Of a stretch of DNA of 43,745 nt, positions 1 to 9,291 are shown piece after piece. Below the pieces are notes generated by a model. It saw only the letters and a list, made by a program, of their open reading frames with translations. It was not told the origin of the DNA and searched no databases. The DNA comes from Comamonadaceae bacterium (lineage in GTDB: Bacteria; Pseudomonadota; Gammaproteobacteria; Burkholderiales; Burkholderiaceae_C). The DNA is taken from the NCBI GenBank assembly GCA_947478935.1, contig CANJXV010000001.1:1-43745 (forward strand), written 5' to 3'. Made by a program: the position numbers and the translations under genes. How positions within the stretch are numbered: the first letter of the stretch is position 1; each line of letters begins with the position of its first letter.

Positions 1-820
1 GAAATCCCTCGCGGTACTGGCTGTTGGTTCCGCTTTGTTGTGCGCCGGCCCTATGGCCTTCGCCAAAGACAAACTTGACAGCATTATTGAGTCGGGCAAG
101 CTGCGCTGCGCCGTGGTGCTGGACTTCCCGCCCATGGGCTCGCGCGATAGCAGCAACAACCCCATCGGCTTTGATGTGGACTATTGCAATGACCTGGCCA
201 AAGTGCTGGGTGTGAAGCCTGAAATCGTGGAAACCCCGTTTGCCGACCGTATCCCTGCGCTGGTATCCAACCGCGTAGACATCGTGGTGGGTTCCACCTC
301 GGACACACTGGAGCGTGCCAAGACCGTGGGTATGTCTATTCCCTACTTCGCCTTCACCATGGTCGTGCTGACCCGTGACGATAAGAAGATTCAAAACTAC
401 GCAGACCTCAAAGGCCACCCTGTGGGCAACACGGTCAGCACCTACGAAGCCATCGCGCTGGAAAAAGACGTGAAAGCCTGGAACGACAAGAAAGGCAGCT
501 TCCTGGCCTTCCCGACCCAAGCCGACACGATTTTGGCCGTCAGCCAGGGCAAGATTGATGCAACCGTTGCGACCTCCACGGTGGCCTTTGCATCAATCAA
601 ATCAGGCAAGTACGACAAGCGACTGAAGGTAGGCGGCAATGCGCCTTACCCCATCGACTATGTGTCATTGGTAGCACCGCGCGGCGAGTTTGGCCTGATC
701 AACTACCTGAATCTGTTTGTAAACCAGCAAGTGCGCACGGGCCGCTATGCGGAGTTGTACAAAAAATGGGTAGGCGAAGGCAATGCACCCGACCTGACCG
801 TCCCCGGCGTTTACTACTGA
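1..820 (+). CDS. Polar amino acid ABC transporter substrate-binding protein, probably for hydroxyproline; 5'-truncated by the window
   Basis: Frame is open from position 2 (KSLAVLAVGSALLCAGPMAFA-KDK, signal-peptide-like). SBP family 3 motifs DFPPMG, GFDVD, RIPALVSNRVD. Lies in the hydroxyproline cluster. Confidence 0.85.
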   Translation, partial: KSLAVLAVGSALLCAGPMAFAKDKLDSIIESGKLRCAVVLDFPPMGSRDSSNNPIGFDVDYCNDLAKVLGVKPEIVETPFADRIPALVSNRVDIVVGSTSDTLERAKTVGMSIPYFAFTMVVLTRDDKKIQNYADLKGHPVGNTVSTYEAIALEKDVKAWNDKKGSFLAFPTQADTILAVSQGKIDATVATSTVAFASIKSGKYDKRLKVGGNAPYPIDYVSLVAPRGEFGLINYLNLFVNQQVRTGRYAELYKKWVGEGNAPDLTVPGVYY

Positions 821-829
821 TAGCAATCC

Positions 830-864
830 GCGCCCGCCAGCCCCCGTGTGGGACTTGCGGGCGC
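830..864 (+). other. Intercistronic stem-loop after the substrate-binding protein gene
   Basis: GCGCCCGC...GCGGGCGC perfect 8-bp stem with inner CCC/GGG pairing; no adjacent U-tract. Confidence 0.5.
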
Positions 865-881
865 CTGTACGAGAATTTTTT

Positions 882-2696
882 ATGCAGGCCCAAGCCATCC
901 AAGGCGAAGCGCTCACCTCGGGTTCGGCAGAGGGGCACGTTCTTTTTAGCGACACCGCGCTGAGTTTTTGGGGCGGCGTGGCGCCCACCAGCGGCGAAGT
1001 GATAGACCGCCACCACCCTTTAAGCGGACAGATCATCACCGGCAAAGTGCTGGCCATTCCCAACGGACGCGGTTCCTGCACCGGTAGCAGCGTGCTGATG
1101 GAAGTCATCCTCAACGGCAACGGCCCTGCAGCCCTGGTACTGGAACAAGCCGACGAAATTCTGGCGCTAGGCGCTATCGTGGCCGAATTGGTCTTTGGAC
1201 GCGCCCTGCCCGTCGTCAGCGTGGGCAGCGCTGCTTTTGCCAGCCTGCGCGATGCCGCGTGGGCGCAAGTGCAGGCCGATGGCCAGCTACTTCTGAGCGA
1301 CCAAGCACCAAGCGCTTCTGTGCAAGCAGCCACATTCGCTGCAACAAGCGAATCGCCTTCTGCGCCATCCGCCCAAGACGCCACAATCAACGGCGTGCCC
1401 GACGGCATGCAACTGAGCGCGCAAGACCAGGAAATCTTGGCCGGTGCCCAGGGCAAAGCGCGCCAAGTGGCGATGCAAATTGTGCTGCGCATGGCGCGTT
1501 TGCAGGGCGCTACCGAACTCATTGACGTGGTGCAGGCGCATATCGACGGCTGCATCTACACCGGCTCGGCCAGCTTGCGCTTTGCGCAGCAACTGTGCGC
1601 CTGGGGCGCACAAGTGAAAGTGCCGACCACCCTCAACTCCATATCTGTCGATCAACGCCGCTGGCGCGTACTGGGCATAGACCCGGTGTTTGGCGAACCC
1701 GCCAGCGCGCTGGGCCAGGCCTATGTCGATATGGGCGCACAGGCGAGTTACACCTGCGCACCGTATTTGTTAGACACGGCACCGCTGGCCGGTGAACACA
1801 TCGTCTGGGCTGAGTCCAATGCGGTGGTCTATGCCAATAGCGTTCTGGGTGCGTACACCGCCAAGTACGCCGATTTTTTAGACGTCTGCATTGCCCTGAC
1901 AGGTCGCGCACCCAAAGCCGGCTGCCATCTGCCGGGCAACCGCTACGCTACGCTGCGTATCGACGTGCCCGCACCCCAAGGCGCAGACGATGCCTACTAC
2001 CCGCTGCTGGGCTACCACGTGGGTCTTCTGTGCGGCACCCAAATCCCGGTGCTGTGCGGTTTGGAGAAATCAGGCCTCACCAGCGACGACATGAAGGCCT
2101 TTGGCGCCGCCTTTGCCACTAGCAGCGCAGCGCCCATGTTTCATATTGTGGGCGCTACACCGGAGGCGGCCGATGCCGCCACTGCCCTGGGCGGTAAAGC
2201 GCCGACGCAAAGCTTTAGCGTCAGCTTGCAGGACTTGCAACATTCCTGGCGCGAGCTCAGCAGCTCGCCCGAGCCCACCGTGGATTTGGTAGCCCTGGGC
2301 AACCCCCATTTCTCTGCCACCGAGTGCCACGCGCTGGCCCGCTTGCTGCAAGGGCGCCAGCGCCACCCGGCCACGCAAACCGTGCTGACCCTGGGCCGCG
2401 CGGTGAAAGAACAAGCGCGCGCCAATGGCGATATTGCGGTACTCGAAGCCTTTGGCGTGAACCTGATTACCGATACCTGCTGGTGCATGCTGGACGAGCC
2501 AGTGGTGCCGGTCGCAGCGCGCGTCATCATGACCAATTCGGGCAAGTACGCGCACTACGCCCCGGGCCTGACTGGGCGCCAAGTGCATTTCGGCTCGTTG
2601 GCCGCCTGCGCTGACACCGCCTGCACTGGCCATGCGCCGCACACCCTGCCAGCTTGGCTGCTACCCAGCCCCGCCACCGAAAGCGCCCCGGCATAA
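882..2696 (+). CDS. lhpI: Aconitase X, fused type (cis-3-hydroxy-L-proline dehydratase)
   Basis: N-terminal swivel domain (LSFWGGV, RGSCTGS) fused to catalytic domain with HIDGC, YTCAPY, WAESNAV, GNPH, TDTCWC, TNSGKYAHY. ATG 882 preferred over GTG 846. Confidence 0.88.
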   Translation: MQAQAIQGEALTSGSAEGHVLFSDTALSFWGGVAPTSGEVIDRHHPLSGQIITGKVLAIPNGRGSCTGSSVLMEVILNGNGPAALVLEQADEILALGAIVAELVFGRALPVVSVGSAAFASLRDAAWAQVQADGQLLLSDQAPSASVQAATFAATSESPSAPSAQDATINGVPDGMQLSAQDQEILAGAQGKARQVAMQIVLRMARLQGATELIDVVQAHIDGCIYTGSASLRFAQQLCAWGAQVKVPTTLNSISVDQRRWRVLGIDPVFGEPASALGQAYVDMGAQASYTCAPYLLDTAPLAGEHIVWAESNAVVYANSVLGAYTAKYADFLDVCIALTGRAPKAGCHLPGNRYATLRIDVPAPQGADDAYYPLLGYHVGLLCGTQIPVLCGLEKSGLTSDDMKAFGAAFATSSAAPMFHIVGATPEAADAATALGGKAPTQSFSVSLQDLQHSWRELSSSPEPTVDLVALGNPHFSATECHALARLLQGRQRHPATQTVLTLGRAVKEQARANGDIAVLEAFGVNLITDTCWCMLDEPVVPVAARVIMTNSGKYAHYAPGLTGRQVHFGSLAACADTACTGHAPHTLPAWLLPSPATESAPA

Positions 2697-2710
2697 GGCA
2701 TAGTGCGGCT

Positions 2711-3379
2711 ATGGATTTTGACTACTCCTTCCGCTGGATTGCCGCCTTCAAGGCCTTGCCCGATATGTTGCTGGGCACTTGGGTCACTTTGCAAGCCACG
2801 GTCTTGTCAATGGTGTTTGGCGTCCTCATCGCACTGGCGCTCACCGCCATGCAAACCGCCCACCAAACGCCGCTGCGCCACGTTGCCAATGCCTGGGTTT
2901 CGGTGGCGCGCAACACACCGGCCTTGTTTCAAATCTATATGCTGTACTTCGGGCTGGGCGCCTTCGACATCCACCTCAGTTCTTCATTGGCCCTGCTGGC
3001 AGGCATCACGTTTAACAATGCGGGCTACCTCACCGAGAATTTTCGCGGCGGCCTCAAAGCCATACCGCACACCCAGGTACGCGCGGCGCGTTCTCTGGGC
3101 ATGAGCGCGTTTCAGGCTTACCGCCTGATCGTTGTGCCGCAGCTATTGCGCATTGTGTTTTACCCCATGACCAACCAGATGGTCTGGGCCATGCTGATGA
3201 CTTCGCTAGGGGTAGTAGTTGGCCTCAATAACGACCTGACCGGCGTCACCCAGGCCTACAACGTGCTGACCTTTCGCACCTTCGAGTTTTTCGCGATTGC
3301 CGCCGTGATTTACTACCTGTTGGCTAAAGGCATCATGATCGGTGCGCGCCTGTTGGCTTGGCGCTTGTTCCGTTATTAG
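2711..3379 (+). CDS. Amino acid ABC transporter permease (HisM/GlnP family)
   Basis: RNTPALFQ motif, EAA-like loop ENFRGGLKAIP..Q..AARSLGMS, hydrophobic segments. ATG at 2711. Confidence 0.9.
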   Translation: MDFDYSFRWIAAFKALPDMLLGTWVTLQATVLSMVFGVLIALALTAMQTAHQTPLRHVANAWVSVARNTPALFQIYMLYFGLGAFDIHLSSSLALLAGITFNNAGYLTENFRGGLKAIPHTQVRAARSLGMSAFQAYRLIVVPQLLRIVFYPMTNQMVWAMLMTSLGVVVGLNNDLTGVTQAYNVLTFRTFEFFAIAAVIYYLLAKGIMIGARLLAWRLFRY

Positions 3380-3387
3380 GTCGCTGC

Positions 3388-4038
3388 ATGTTCAGTACCG
3401 ACTTCTCACTCTCCGACCTGCAGTTCATGCTGGCAGGCGCCTGGGTCAGTTTGCAACTGACGCTGTGGGCCATGCTGATCGGCACACTATCCGGCGCGGT
3501 ATTTGGCCTGGTGCGAGCGGTCTACCCGCGTGCCAGTGCGCCACTGGGTTGGCTGCTGGATGTGTTCCGGTGTGTGCCCTTGCTGATTCAGTTTGTGCTC
3601 TTCAATTCGTTTAACAGCATCGCTGGTATCAACTGGACGGCTTTTGCCATTGGCTGCCTGGTGCTAGGTATTTACTGCGCTTCGTACTGCACCGAAGTAA
3701 TACGCGGCGGGGTGCTGGCGGTGCCGACCAATGTGGTGCGGGCGGCGCGTTCGCTAGGCTTGAATTATTTTCAAACTCTGCGCTACATCATCATGCCGAT
3801 GGCGGCGCGGGTGAGCTTTCCGGGTTGGATCAACTTGACGCTTGGCGTGACCAAAGACACCTCGCTGGTGCTGTGGATTGGCATTATGGAATTGCTGCGC
3901 GCCTCGCAGTCCATCGTCACCCGAATTCAAGAGCCCATTTTGGTGCTCTCGATTGCCGGGCTGATGTACTACATCATGAGTTGGGGCATTGCCCGCATCG
4001 GGCAGCGCGTGGAAAAAGGATGGCAGGAAAATGATTGA
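3388..4038 (+). CDS. Amino acid ABC transporter permease (HisM/GlnP family)
   Basis: FRCVPLLIQ, EVIRGGVLAVP..AARSLGL and KDTSL motifs. ATG at 3388. Confidence 0.9.
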   Translation: MFSTDFSLSDLQFMLAGAWVSLQLTLWAMLIGTLSGAVFGLVRAVYPRASAPLGWLLDVFRCVPLLIQFVLFNSFNSIAGINWTAFAIGCLVLGIYCASYCTEVIRGGVLAVPTNVVRAARSLGLNYFQTLRYIIMPMAARVSFPGWINLTLGVTKDTSLVLWIGIMELLRASQSIVTRIQEPILVLSIAGLMYYIMSWGIARIGQRVEKGWQEND

Positions 4039-4753
4039 AATCGACCAAGTACACAAATCCTTCGGCAATCTGGAAGTGCTTCAAGGCGTAAGCATGACAG
4101 TGAACAAGGGCGAGGTAATCTCGGTTATCGGTGGCTCGGGCTCGGGCAAGTCCACCTTGCTGATGTGCATCAACGGCCTGGAGCCGATTCAGCGTGGCAG
4201 GATACGCGTCGATGGCACCAACGTCCACGCGCCCGATACCAACATCAACGTCTTGCGCCAGCGCATTGGCATCGTGTTCCAACAATGGAACGCTTTCCCC
4301 CATCTCACGGTACTAGAAAACGTCATGCTGGCACCGCGTAAAGTGCGCGGCCTGAGCCAGGCGCAGGCCGAAGAACTGGCAGTCAAGCAACTCAGCCATG
4401 TGGGCTTGCAAGACAAGCTCAAGGTATTCCCGGGCAAGCTCTCGGGCGGGCAGTTGCAGCGCATGGCAATTGCGCGGGCGCTGGCCATGTCGCCAGACTA
4501 CATGCTGTTTGACGAAGTGACCTCGGCACTAGACCCGCAACTGGTGGGCGAAGTGCTGGACACTTTGCGCATGCTCTCCGACGAAGGCATGACTATGATT
4601 TTGGTGACCCATGAAATCCGCTTCGCACGTGATGTGTCCGATCGCGTAGCTTTTTTTCGCAACGGCGTGATCCATGAAATCGGTACACCGCAGCAAGTGA
4701 TTGACGACCCGCAACGCCCCGAGACGGCGGCTTTTCTCAAGTCCTCGCACTAA
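4031..4753 (+). CDS. Amino acid ABC transporter ATP-binding protein (GlnQ family)
   Basis: Walker A GGSGSGKST, signature LSGGQ, Walker B MLFDEVTSALD, H-loop VTHE. Overlaps the permease stop. Confidence 0.93.
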   Translation: MIEIDQVHKSFGNLEVLQGVSMTVNKGEVISVIGGSGSGKSTLLMCINGLEPIQRGRIRVDGTNVHAPDTNINVLRQRIGIVFQQWNAFPHLTVLENVMLAPRKVRGLSQAQAEELAVKQLSHVGLQDKLKVFPGKLSGGQLQRMAIARALAMSPDYMLFDEVTSALDPQLVGEVLDTLRMLSDEGMTMILVTHEIRFARDVSDRVAFFRNGVIHEIGTPQQVIDDPQRPETAAFLKSSH

Positions 4754-4807
4754 GCGTGTCAGCCGCCGATGTGCGATTTGTTTTGAATACCACCAGAGTG
4801 CAAAGCT

Positions 4808-5743
4808 ATGCAAACGATTGAGGTGATTGACTCGCACACTGGCGGCGAACCCACGCGCTTGGTGATCGCCGGTTTCCCGGATGTAGGCCAGGGCACGATG
4901 GCAGAGCGTCGCGAAATTTTGCGCAGCCAGCACGATGCCTGGCGCGCCGCCGCCATGTTGGAGCCGCGCGGTAATGATGTACTGGTAGGCGCGCTGCTGT
5001 GCACCCCGCAAGATCCAGCCAGCGCGGCGGGCGTGATTTTTTTCAACAACACCGGCTACCTGGGCATGTGCGGCCACGGCACGATTGGTGTGGTGGTGTC
5101 ACTGGCCTTTTTGGGTCGTATTAGCGCGGGTACGCATACCATCGAGACCCCAGTGGGCAAGGTGCGGGCCACGCTGCATGCAGATGGTTCGGTCAGCGTG
5201 CGCAATGTGCCGGTCATGCGCCATCTGCACCAAGTGCCGGTACAGGTCCCGGGCTATGGCCTGGTGCATGGCGATGTGGCCTGGGGCGGGAACTGGTTTT
5301 TTCTGGCCAGCGACCACGGCCAGCACGTAGCCAGCGACAACTTGGCAGGTCTGACGGCCTACAGCATGGCCCTGAAAAACGCGCTGGTGGCGCAAAACAT
5401 AACCGGAACAGGAGGCGCCGAGATCGACCACATCGAACTCTTCGGCCCGGACGATAGCGGCGCGGACAGCCGCAACTTTGTACTCTGTCCCGGCGGCGCC
5501 TACGACCGCTCGCCTTGCGGCACCGGCACTAGCGCCAAAGTGGCCTGCCTGGCGGCAGATGGCAAGCTGGCGCCCGGCGCGGTTTGGACACAGGCCAGCA
5601 TCATCGGCAGCCGCTTTGAAGCCAGCTATTCGCTGGACAACGGGCAGGTGATTCCCACCATCCGAGGCCGAGCCCACATCAATGCCAAAGCCACGCTGGT
5701 GCTGGATCCGCAAGACCCCTTTGTGTGGGGCATACGTTTATGA
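4808..5743 (+). CDS. lhpA: 4-hydroxyproline 2-epimerase (proline racemase family, Cys/Cys pair)
   Basis: [19 protein letters not shown] and [10 protein letters not shown] motifs, plus GGNWF; clustered with D-Hyp dehydrogenase genes. Confidence 0.88.
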   Translation: MQTIEVIDSHTGGEPTRLVIAGFPDVGQGTMAERREILRSQHDAWRAAAMLEPRGNDVLVGALLCTPQDPASAAGVIFFNNTGYLGMCGHGTIGVVVSLAFLGRISAGTHTIETPVGKVRATLHADGSVSVRNVPVMRHLHQVPVQVPGYGLVHGDVAWGGNWFFLASDHGQHVASDNLAGLTAYSMALKNALVAQNITGTGGAEIDHIELFGPDDSGADSRNFVLCPGGAYDRSPCGTGTSAKVACLAADGKLAPGAVWTQASIIGSRFEASYSLDNGQVIPTIRGRAHINAKATLVLDPQDPFVWGIRL

Positions 5744-5759
5744 ATGCAAAGTGTGCAGC

Positions 5760-6776
5760 ATGAGCGACACCGTGCATCTGTCGCTAGAAGAAGTGCACGC
5801 CCTGGCACTGCGCGTGTTGCGCCACCACGGCATTATCGAAGCGCAAGTACAAGCCATGGCGCGCGTCATGACCGCGGGCGAGCGCGACCACTGCCACTCG
5901 CACGGCTTGTTTCGTTTGCTGATGTGCACCCAATCATTGCGCGAAGGCAAAGTGGTGCGCGATGCGTTGCCGCTGGTAGAACACCGCTCAGCCGCCGTAG
6001 TGGCAGTAGATGCGCAACACAATTTTTCTCCGCTGGCGTTTGAGCTGGGCAGCGAACTCCTTATTGAAAAAACCCGCAGCGTGGGCCTGGGTGCCTTAGT
6101 CATCAACAATTGCTTACATTTTTCCGCGCTGTGGCCCGAAGTGGAGCGTCTGACGGAGGCTGGTTTGTGTGCCCTGATCATGACGCCCAGCCATGCCTGC
6201 GTGGCGCCTGCGGGCGGCAAGCACGCAGTTTTTGGCACCAACCCGATAGCCTTTGGCTGGCCACGTGCCAACGCACATCCTTATGTGTTTGACTTTGCCA
6301 CCAGCGCGATTGCGCGTGGCGAGATCGACCTGTACCGCCGCAGCGGTCGCGCTCTGCCAGAAGGCTGGGGTATCGACGAAAACGGCACACCCTCTACCGA
6401 CGCAGCCACCGTTTTGCAACGCGGCGCCATGCTGACCTTTGGCGGTTACAAAGGCTCGGCCCTTGCCACCATGATCGAACTGATGGCCGGCCCGCTGTTG
6501 GGCGACCTGACCAGCGCCGAATCGGTCGCCATCGATGGCAGGCCTGGTGGCGCGCCGCGCCATGGCGAATTGATTTTGGCTTTTGACCCGCGCTTTTTTT
6601 CCGGGCGCGACGCGGCCACCGACCAGGCCAGCGCGGAGGCGCTCTTGCAATCCATCAGCGGCCAAGGCGCACGCCTGCCCTCCGAGCGCCGTTTTGCCGC
6701 CCGAGCGCAGAGCATGGCCCACGGCGTGAACATCGCCGGCGCGCTGCACCGCGACATCCTGGCCGTGCTGGACTAG
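5760..6776 (+). CDS. Ldh_2-family oxidoreductase, probable delta1-pyrroline-2-carboxylate reductase (DpkA-like)
   Basis: SHGLFRL, HFSALWPE, FGTNPIAF, FDFATS and FGGYKGS motifs; pathway context. ATG at 5760. Confidence 0.8.
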   Translation: MSDTVHLSLEEVHALALRVLRHHGIIEAQVQAMARVMTAGERDHCHSHGLFRLLMCTQSLREGKVVRDALPLVEHRSAAVVAVDAQHNFSPLAFELGSELLIEKTRSVGLGALVINNCLHFSALWPEVERLTEAGLCALIMTPSHACVAPAGGKHAVFGTNPIAFGWPRANAHPYVFDFATSAIARGEIDLYRRSGRALPEGWGIDENGTPSTDAATVLQRGAMLTFGGYKGSALATMIELMAGPLLGDLTSAESVAIDGRPGGAPRHGELILAFDPRFFSGRDAATDQASAEALLQSISGQGARLPSERRFAARAQSMAHGVNIAGALHRDILAVLD

Positions 6777-6866
6777 CGGCATTAGACGGCAAGCAACAAG
6801 TGCCATCGGACGCCCATTCCATGATCCAGGCTTTCACACTATCGACAGTCATTTAGGGAGCACCGC

Positions 6867-7898
6867 ATGAACCTCAAAAATATCATCACCGTCGTTGGCG
6901 CACATGCCGAAGGTGAAGTAGGTCGCGTCATTACCGGCGGTGTTATTGCACCACGCGCGGACTCTATGTTCGAGCGCCAACTGGCGGTTCAAGACAAGCA
7001 AGACTTTTTACGCACCATGCTCTTGTCGGACCCGCGTGGCAGCGTCAACGCCGCAGTTAATCTCGTCACCCCGGCCATCGACCCAGCAGCGGACTTCGGC
7101 ATGATCGTCATCGAGTCCGACTACTACCCGCCTATGTCGGGCTCCAACCTGATGTGTACCGTGACCGTAGTGCTGGAAACCGGCATGATTCCTATGCAAT
7201 ATCCAGTGACCGAACTGTGCGTGGACACACCCGCCGGCTTGGTGCGCGTGCGCGCTGAGTGCGAAGGCGGTAAGTGCAGACGTGTGTCTTTTCACAACGT
7301 ACCTTCGTTTGTGATGCACCGCGATGCCCATATCGAAGTCCCGGGCCTGGGCACGGTGCCGGTGGATGTGTCCTATGGCGGCATGATTTACGCCATCGTG
7401 GACGCGGCCGGGCTGGGCTTTGCGCTGGACCGCACCGAAGCGCGCGATCTGGTGGAGGTGGGCGAACGCATCAAGCTGGCCGCTGCGGTGCAACTGCCCA
7501 GCGTGCACCCGGTCAACCCTGGCATTCACACTATCAATATGACGCTGTTCGCTGGGCCGCTGCAAACCGTGGCTGGCGTCAAAACCGCCAAGAACGCCGT
7601 CATCGTCTCCCCAGGCCGTTTGGACCGCAGTCCCTGCGGCACCGGCAGTTCAGCGCGCATGGCATTGATGCACGCGCGCGGCGACCTCGCCCCCGGCGAA
7701 GCATTTACCCATACCTCGGTGTTGGGCACCGAGTTTCATTGCCGCATCCACGGCCTGACCCAAGCGGGCGACACGCCGGCGATCATTCCGCAGATCAGCG
7801 GACGTGCCTGGCTAACCGGCTTGTCCTATTACGGCGCGGACCCTGAGGACCCCTTCCCCGAAGGCTACCGCATGAACGACACCTGGTTTAACTGCTAG
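6867..7898 (+). CDS. Proline racemase family protein with Ser/Cys catalytic pair, probably acting on 3-hydroxyproline
   Basis: HAEGEVG, PPMSGSN and DRSPCGTG motifs; SD-like AGGGAG upstream. Confidence 0.78.
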   Translation: MNLKNIITVVGAHAEGEVGRVITGGVIAPRADSMFERQLAVQDKQDFLRTMLLSDPRGSVNAAVNLVTPAIDPAADFGMIVIESDYYPPMSGSNLMCTVTVVLETGMIPMQYPVTELCVDTPAGLVRVRAECEGGKCRRVSFHNVPSFVMHRDAHIEVPGLGTVPVDVSYGGMIYAIVDAAGLGFALDRTEARDLVEVGERIKLAAAVQLPSVHPVNPGIHTINMTLFAGPLQTVAGVKTAKNAVIVSPGRLDRSPCGTGSSARMALMHARGDLAPGEAFTHTSVLGTEFHCRIHGLTQAGDTPAIIPQISGRAWLTGLSYYGADPEDPFPEGYRMNDTWFNC

Positions 7899-7906
7899 CG
7901 CTCTGC

Positions 7907-9034
7907 ATGGACGCTGAGGCCATCGTTATCGGCGCGGGCATCGTGGGCGCTGCTTGCGCCTACGAACTAGGCCAACGCGGACTGCGCGTGCTAGTGATCG
8001 ATGACGGCCCGAGCGGCGCAACGCATGCAGGCATGGGTCATTTGGTGGTGATGGACGACAACCCGGCGGAGCTGGCCTTGTCCAGCACATCACTGGCTAT
8101 TTGGCGCGATTGGCTGGCCCGCATGGACAGCAGCTGCGGCTACAGCCATTGCGGCACGCTGTGGATTGCAGCAGACGAGGAAGAAATGCAAGCCGCAGCC
8201 GACAAACAAAGTCGCTTGCAAGCTGCAGGTATTGGCAGCACGTTGATTGATGCACGCGCGCTTGCAGGCTTAGAACCAGCCTTGCGCAGCGGCCTGGCTG
8301 GGGCGCTGCAAGTGGGCGGCGATGGCGTGGTGTATGCGCCCAATGCCGCGCGTTGGCTGCTAGGCCAAGGCGAAGCACATCGGCAAGAAGGAAAAAACGC
8401 AGGCAGCATCCGCGTATTGCAAGCGCAAGTGAGTGCCTTGGAAGATGGGCGCGTGCGCTTGTCAGATGGCAACACACGCAGCGCGCCGGCCATCGTGCTG
8501 GCCGCCGGTTTGCGCGCCGCGGCGCTATGCCCCGAAGTTCCGCTGCAAGCCAAAAAAGGCCACCTGGCGATTAGCGCTCGCTACCCCGGCATGGTGCACC
8601 ACCAATTGGTTGAACTGGGTTATGTCAAAAGCGCGCACGAGAGCAGCGGCACCTCGGTGGCCTTTAACGTGCAGCCGCGTCCGACTGGGCAATTGCTGAT
8701 CGGCTCCTCGCGCCAGTTTGACAACACCGACAGCGCTATCGAACCGCCCATTTTGGCGCGCATGCTACGCCGCGCCAGCGACTACCTACCCTGCCTAGGT
8801 GACATCCAGATCACGCGCACCTGGACCGGTTTTCGGGCCGCTACGCCGGACGGCTTGCCGCTGATCGGCCCACATCCGCACCGGCCCGGGCTGTGGTTGG
8901 CGCTGGGCCATGAGGGACTGGGTGTGACCACTGCCACCGGTACTGCACAGCTGATTGCATCGGGTATTTGCGCCAGTGCCAGCGCGCTCGATGGCAGCGC
9001 CTACTTGCCGTCACGGGCCCTGCAAAGCCTATGA
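7907..9034 (+). CDS. lhpB: D-hydroxyproline dehydrogenase beta subunit (DAO-family FAD oxidoreductase)
   Basis: IVIGAGIVG FAD motif, ATHAGMGHL, ELGY, QPRPTGQLLIGSSRQ, GHEGLGVTT. Confidence 0.85.
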   Translation: MDAEAIVIGAGIVGAACAYELGQRGLRVLVIDDGPSGATHAGMGHLVVMDDNPAELALSSTSLAIWRDWLARMDSSCGYSHCGTLWIAADEEEMQAAADKQSRLQAAGIGSTLIDARALAGLEPALRSGLAGALQVGGDGVVYAPNAARWLLGQGEAHRQEGKNAGSIRVLQAQVSALEDGRVRLSDGNTRSAPAIVLAAGLRAAALCPEVPLQAKKGHLAISARYPGMVHHQLVELGYVKSAHESSGTSVAFNVQPRPTGQLLIGSSRQFDNTDSAIEPPILARMLRRASDYLPCLGDIQITRTWTGFRAATPDGLPLIGPHPHRPGLWLALGHEGLGVTTATGTAQLIASGICASASALDGSAYLPSRALQSL

Positions 9035-9291
9035 AAAACGCACACGCCTTGGTGCATTTCCAGCTGAACGGGCAGGCCGCGCAGGTGCCCGCAGGCACCA
9101 GCATTGCAGCGGCTTTGTACCTGTGTGGCAACGGCATCGCGCGCCACTCGGTCAGCGGGCAGGCGCGTGCGCCGGTATGCGGTATGGGCGTTTGTCAGGA
9201 ATGCCGCGTGCTGGTCAACGGACACAGCCAATTGGCCTGCCAAACTTTGTGCGCGCCAGGGATGGTGGTGAAAAGCGGGGCCGCAGCATGA
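9031..9291 (+). CDS. D-hydroxyproline dehydrogenase gamma subunit (2Fe-2S protein)
   Basis: CGMGVCQEC...LAC ferredoxin motif; ATGA overlaps with both neighbours. Confidence 0.85.
   Translation: MKNAHALVHFQLNGQAAQVPAGTSIAAALYLCGNGIARHSVSGQARAPVCGMGVCQECRVLVNGHSQLACQTLCAPGMVVKSGAAA

Noticed and set aside
665-1555. Long antisense or alternate-frame ORFs (e.g. 665-1555, 6114-6806, 12811-13461, 17427-18113, 33987-34715)
   Set aside because: Shadow ORFs of well-supported genes in GC-rich DNA, with no recognisable motifs.
8955-9287. N-terminal extension of the 547-aa alpha-subunit ORF
   Set aside because: It overlaps the real gamma-subunit gene in another frame; ATGA coupling supports the start at 9288.
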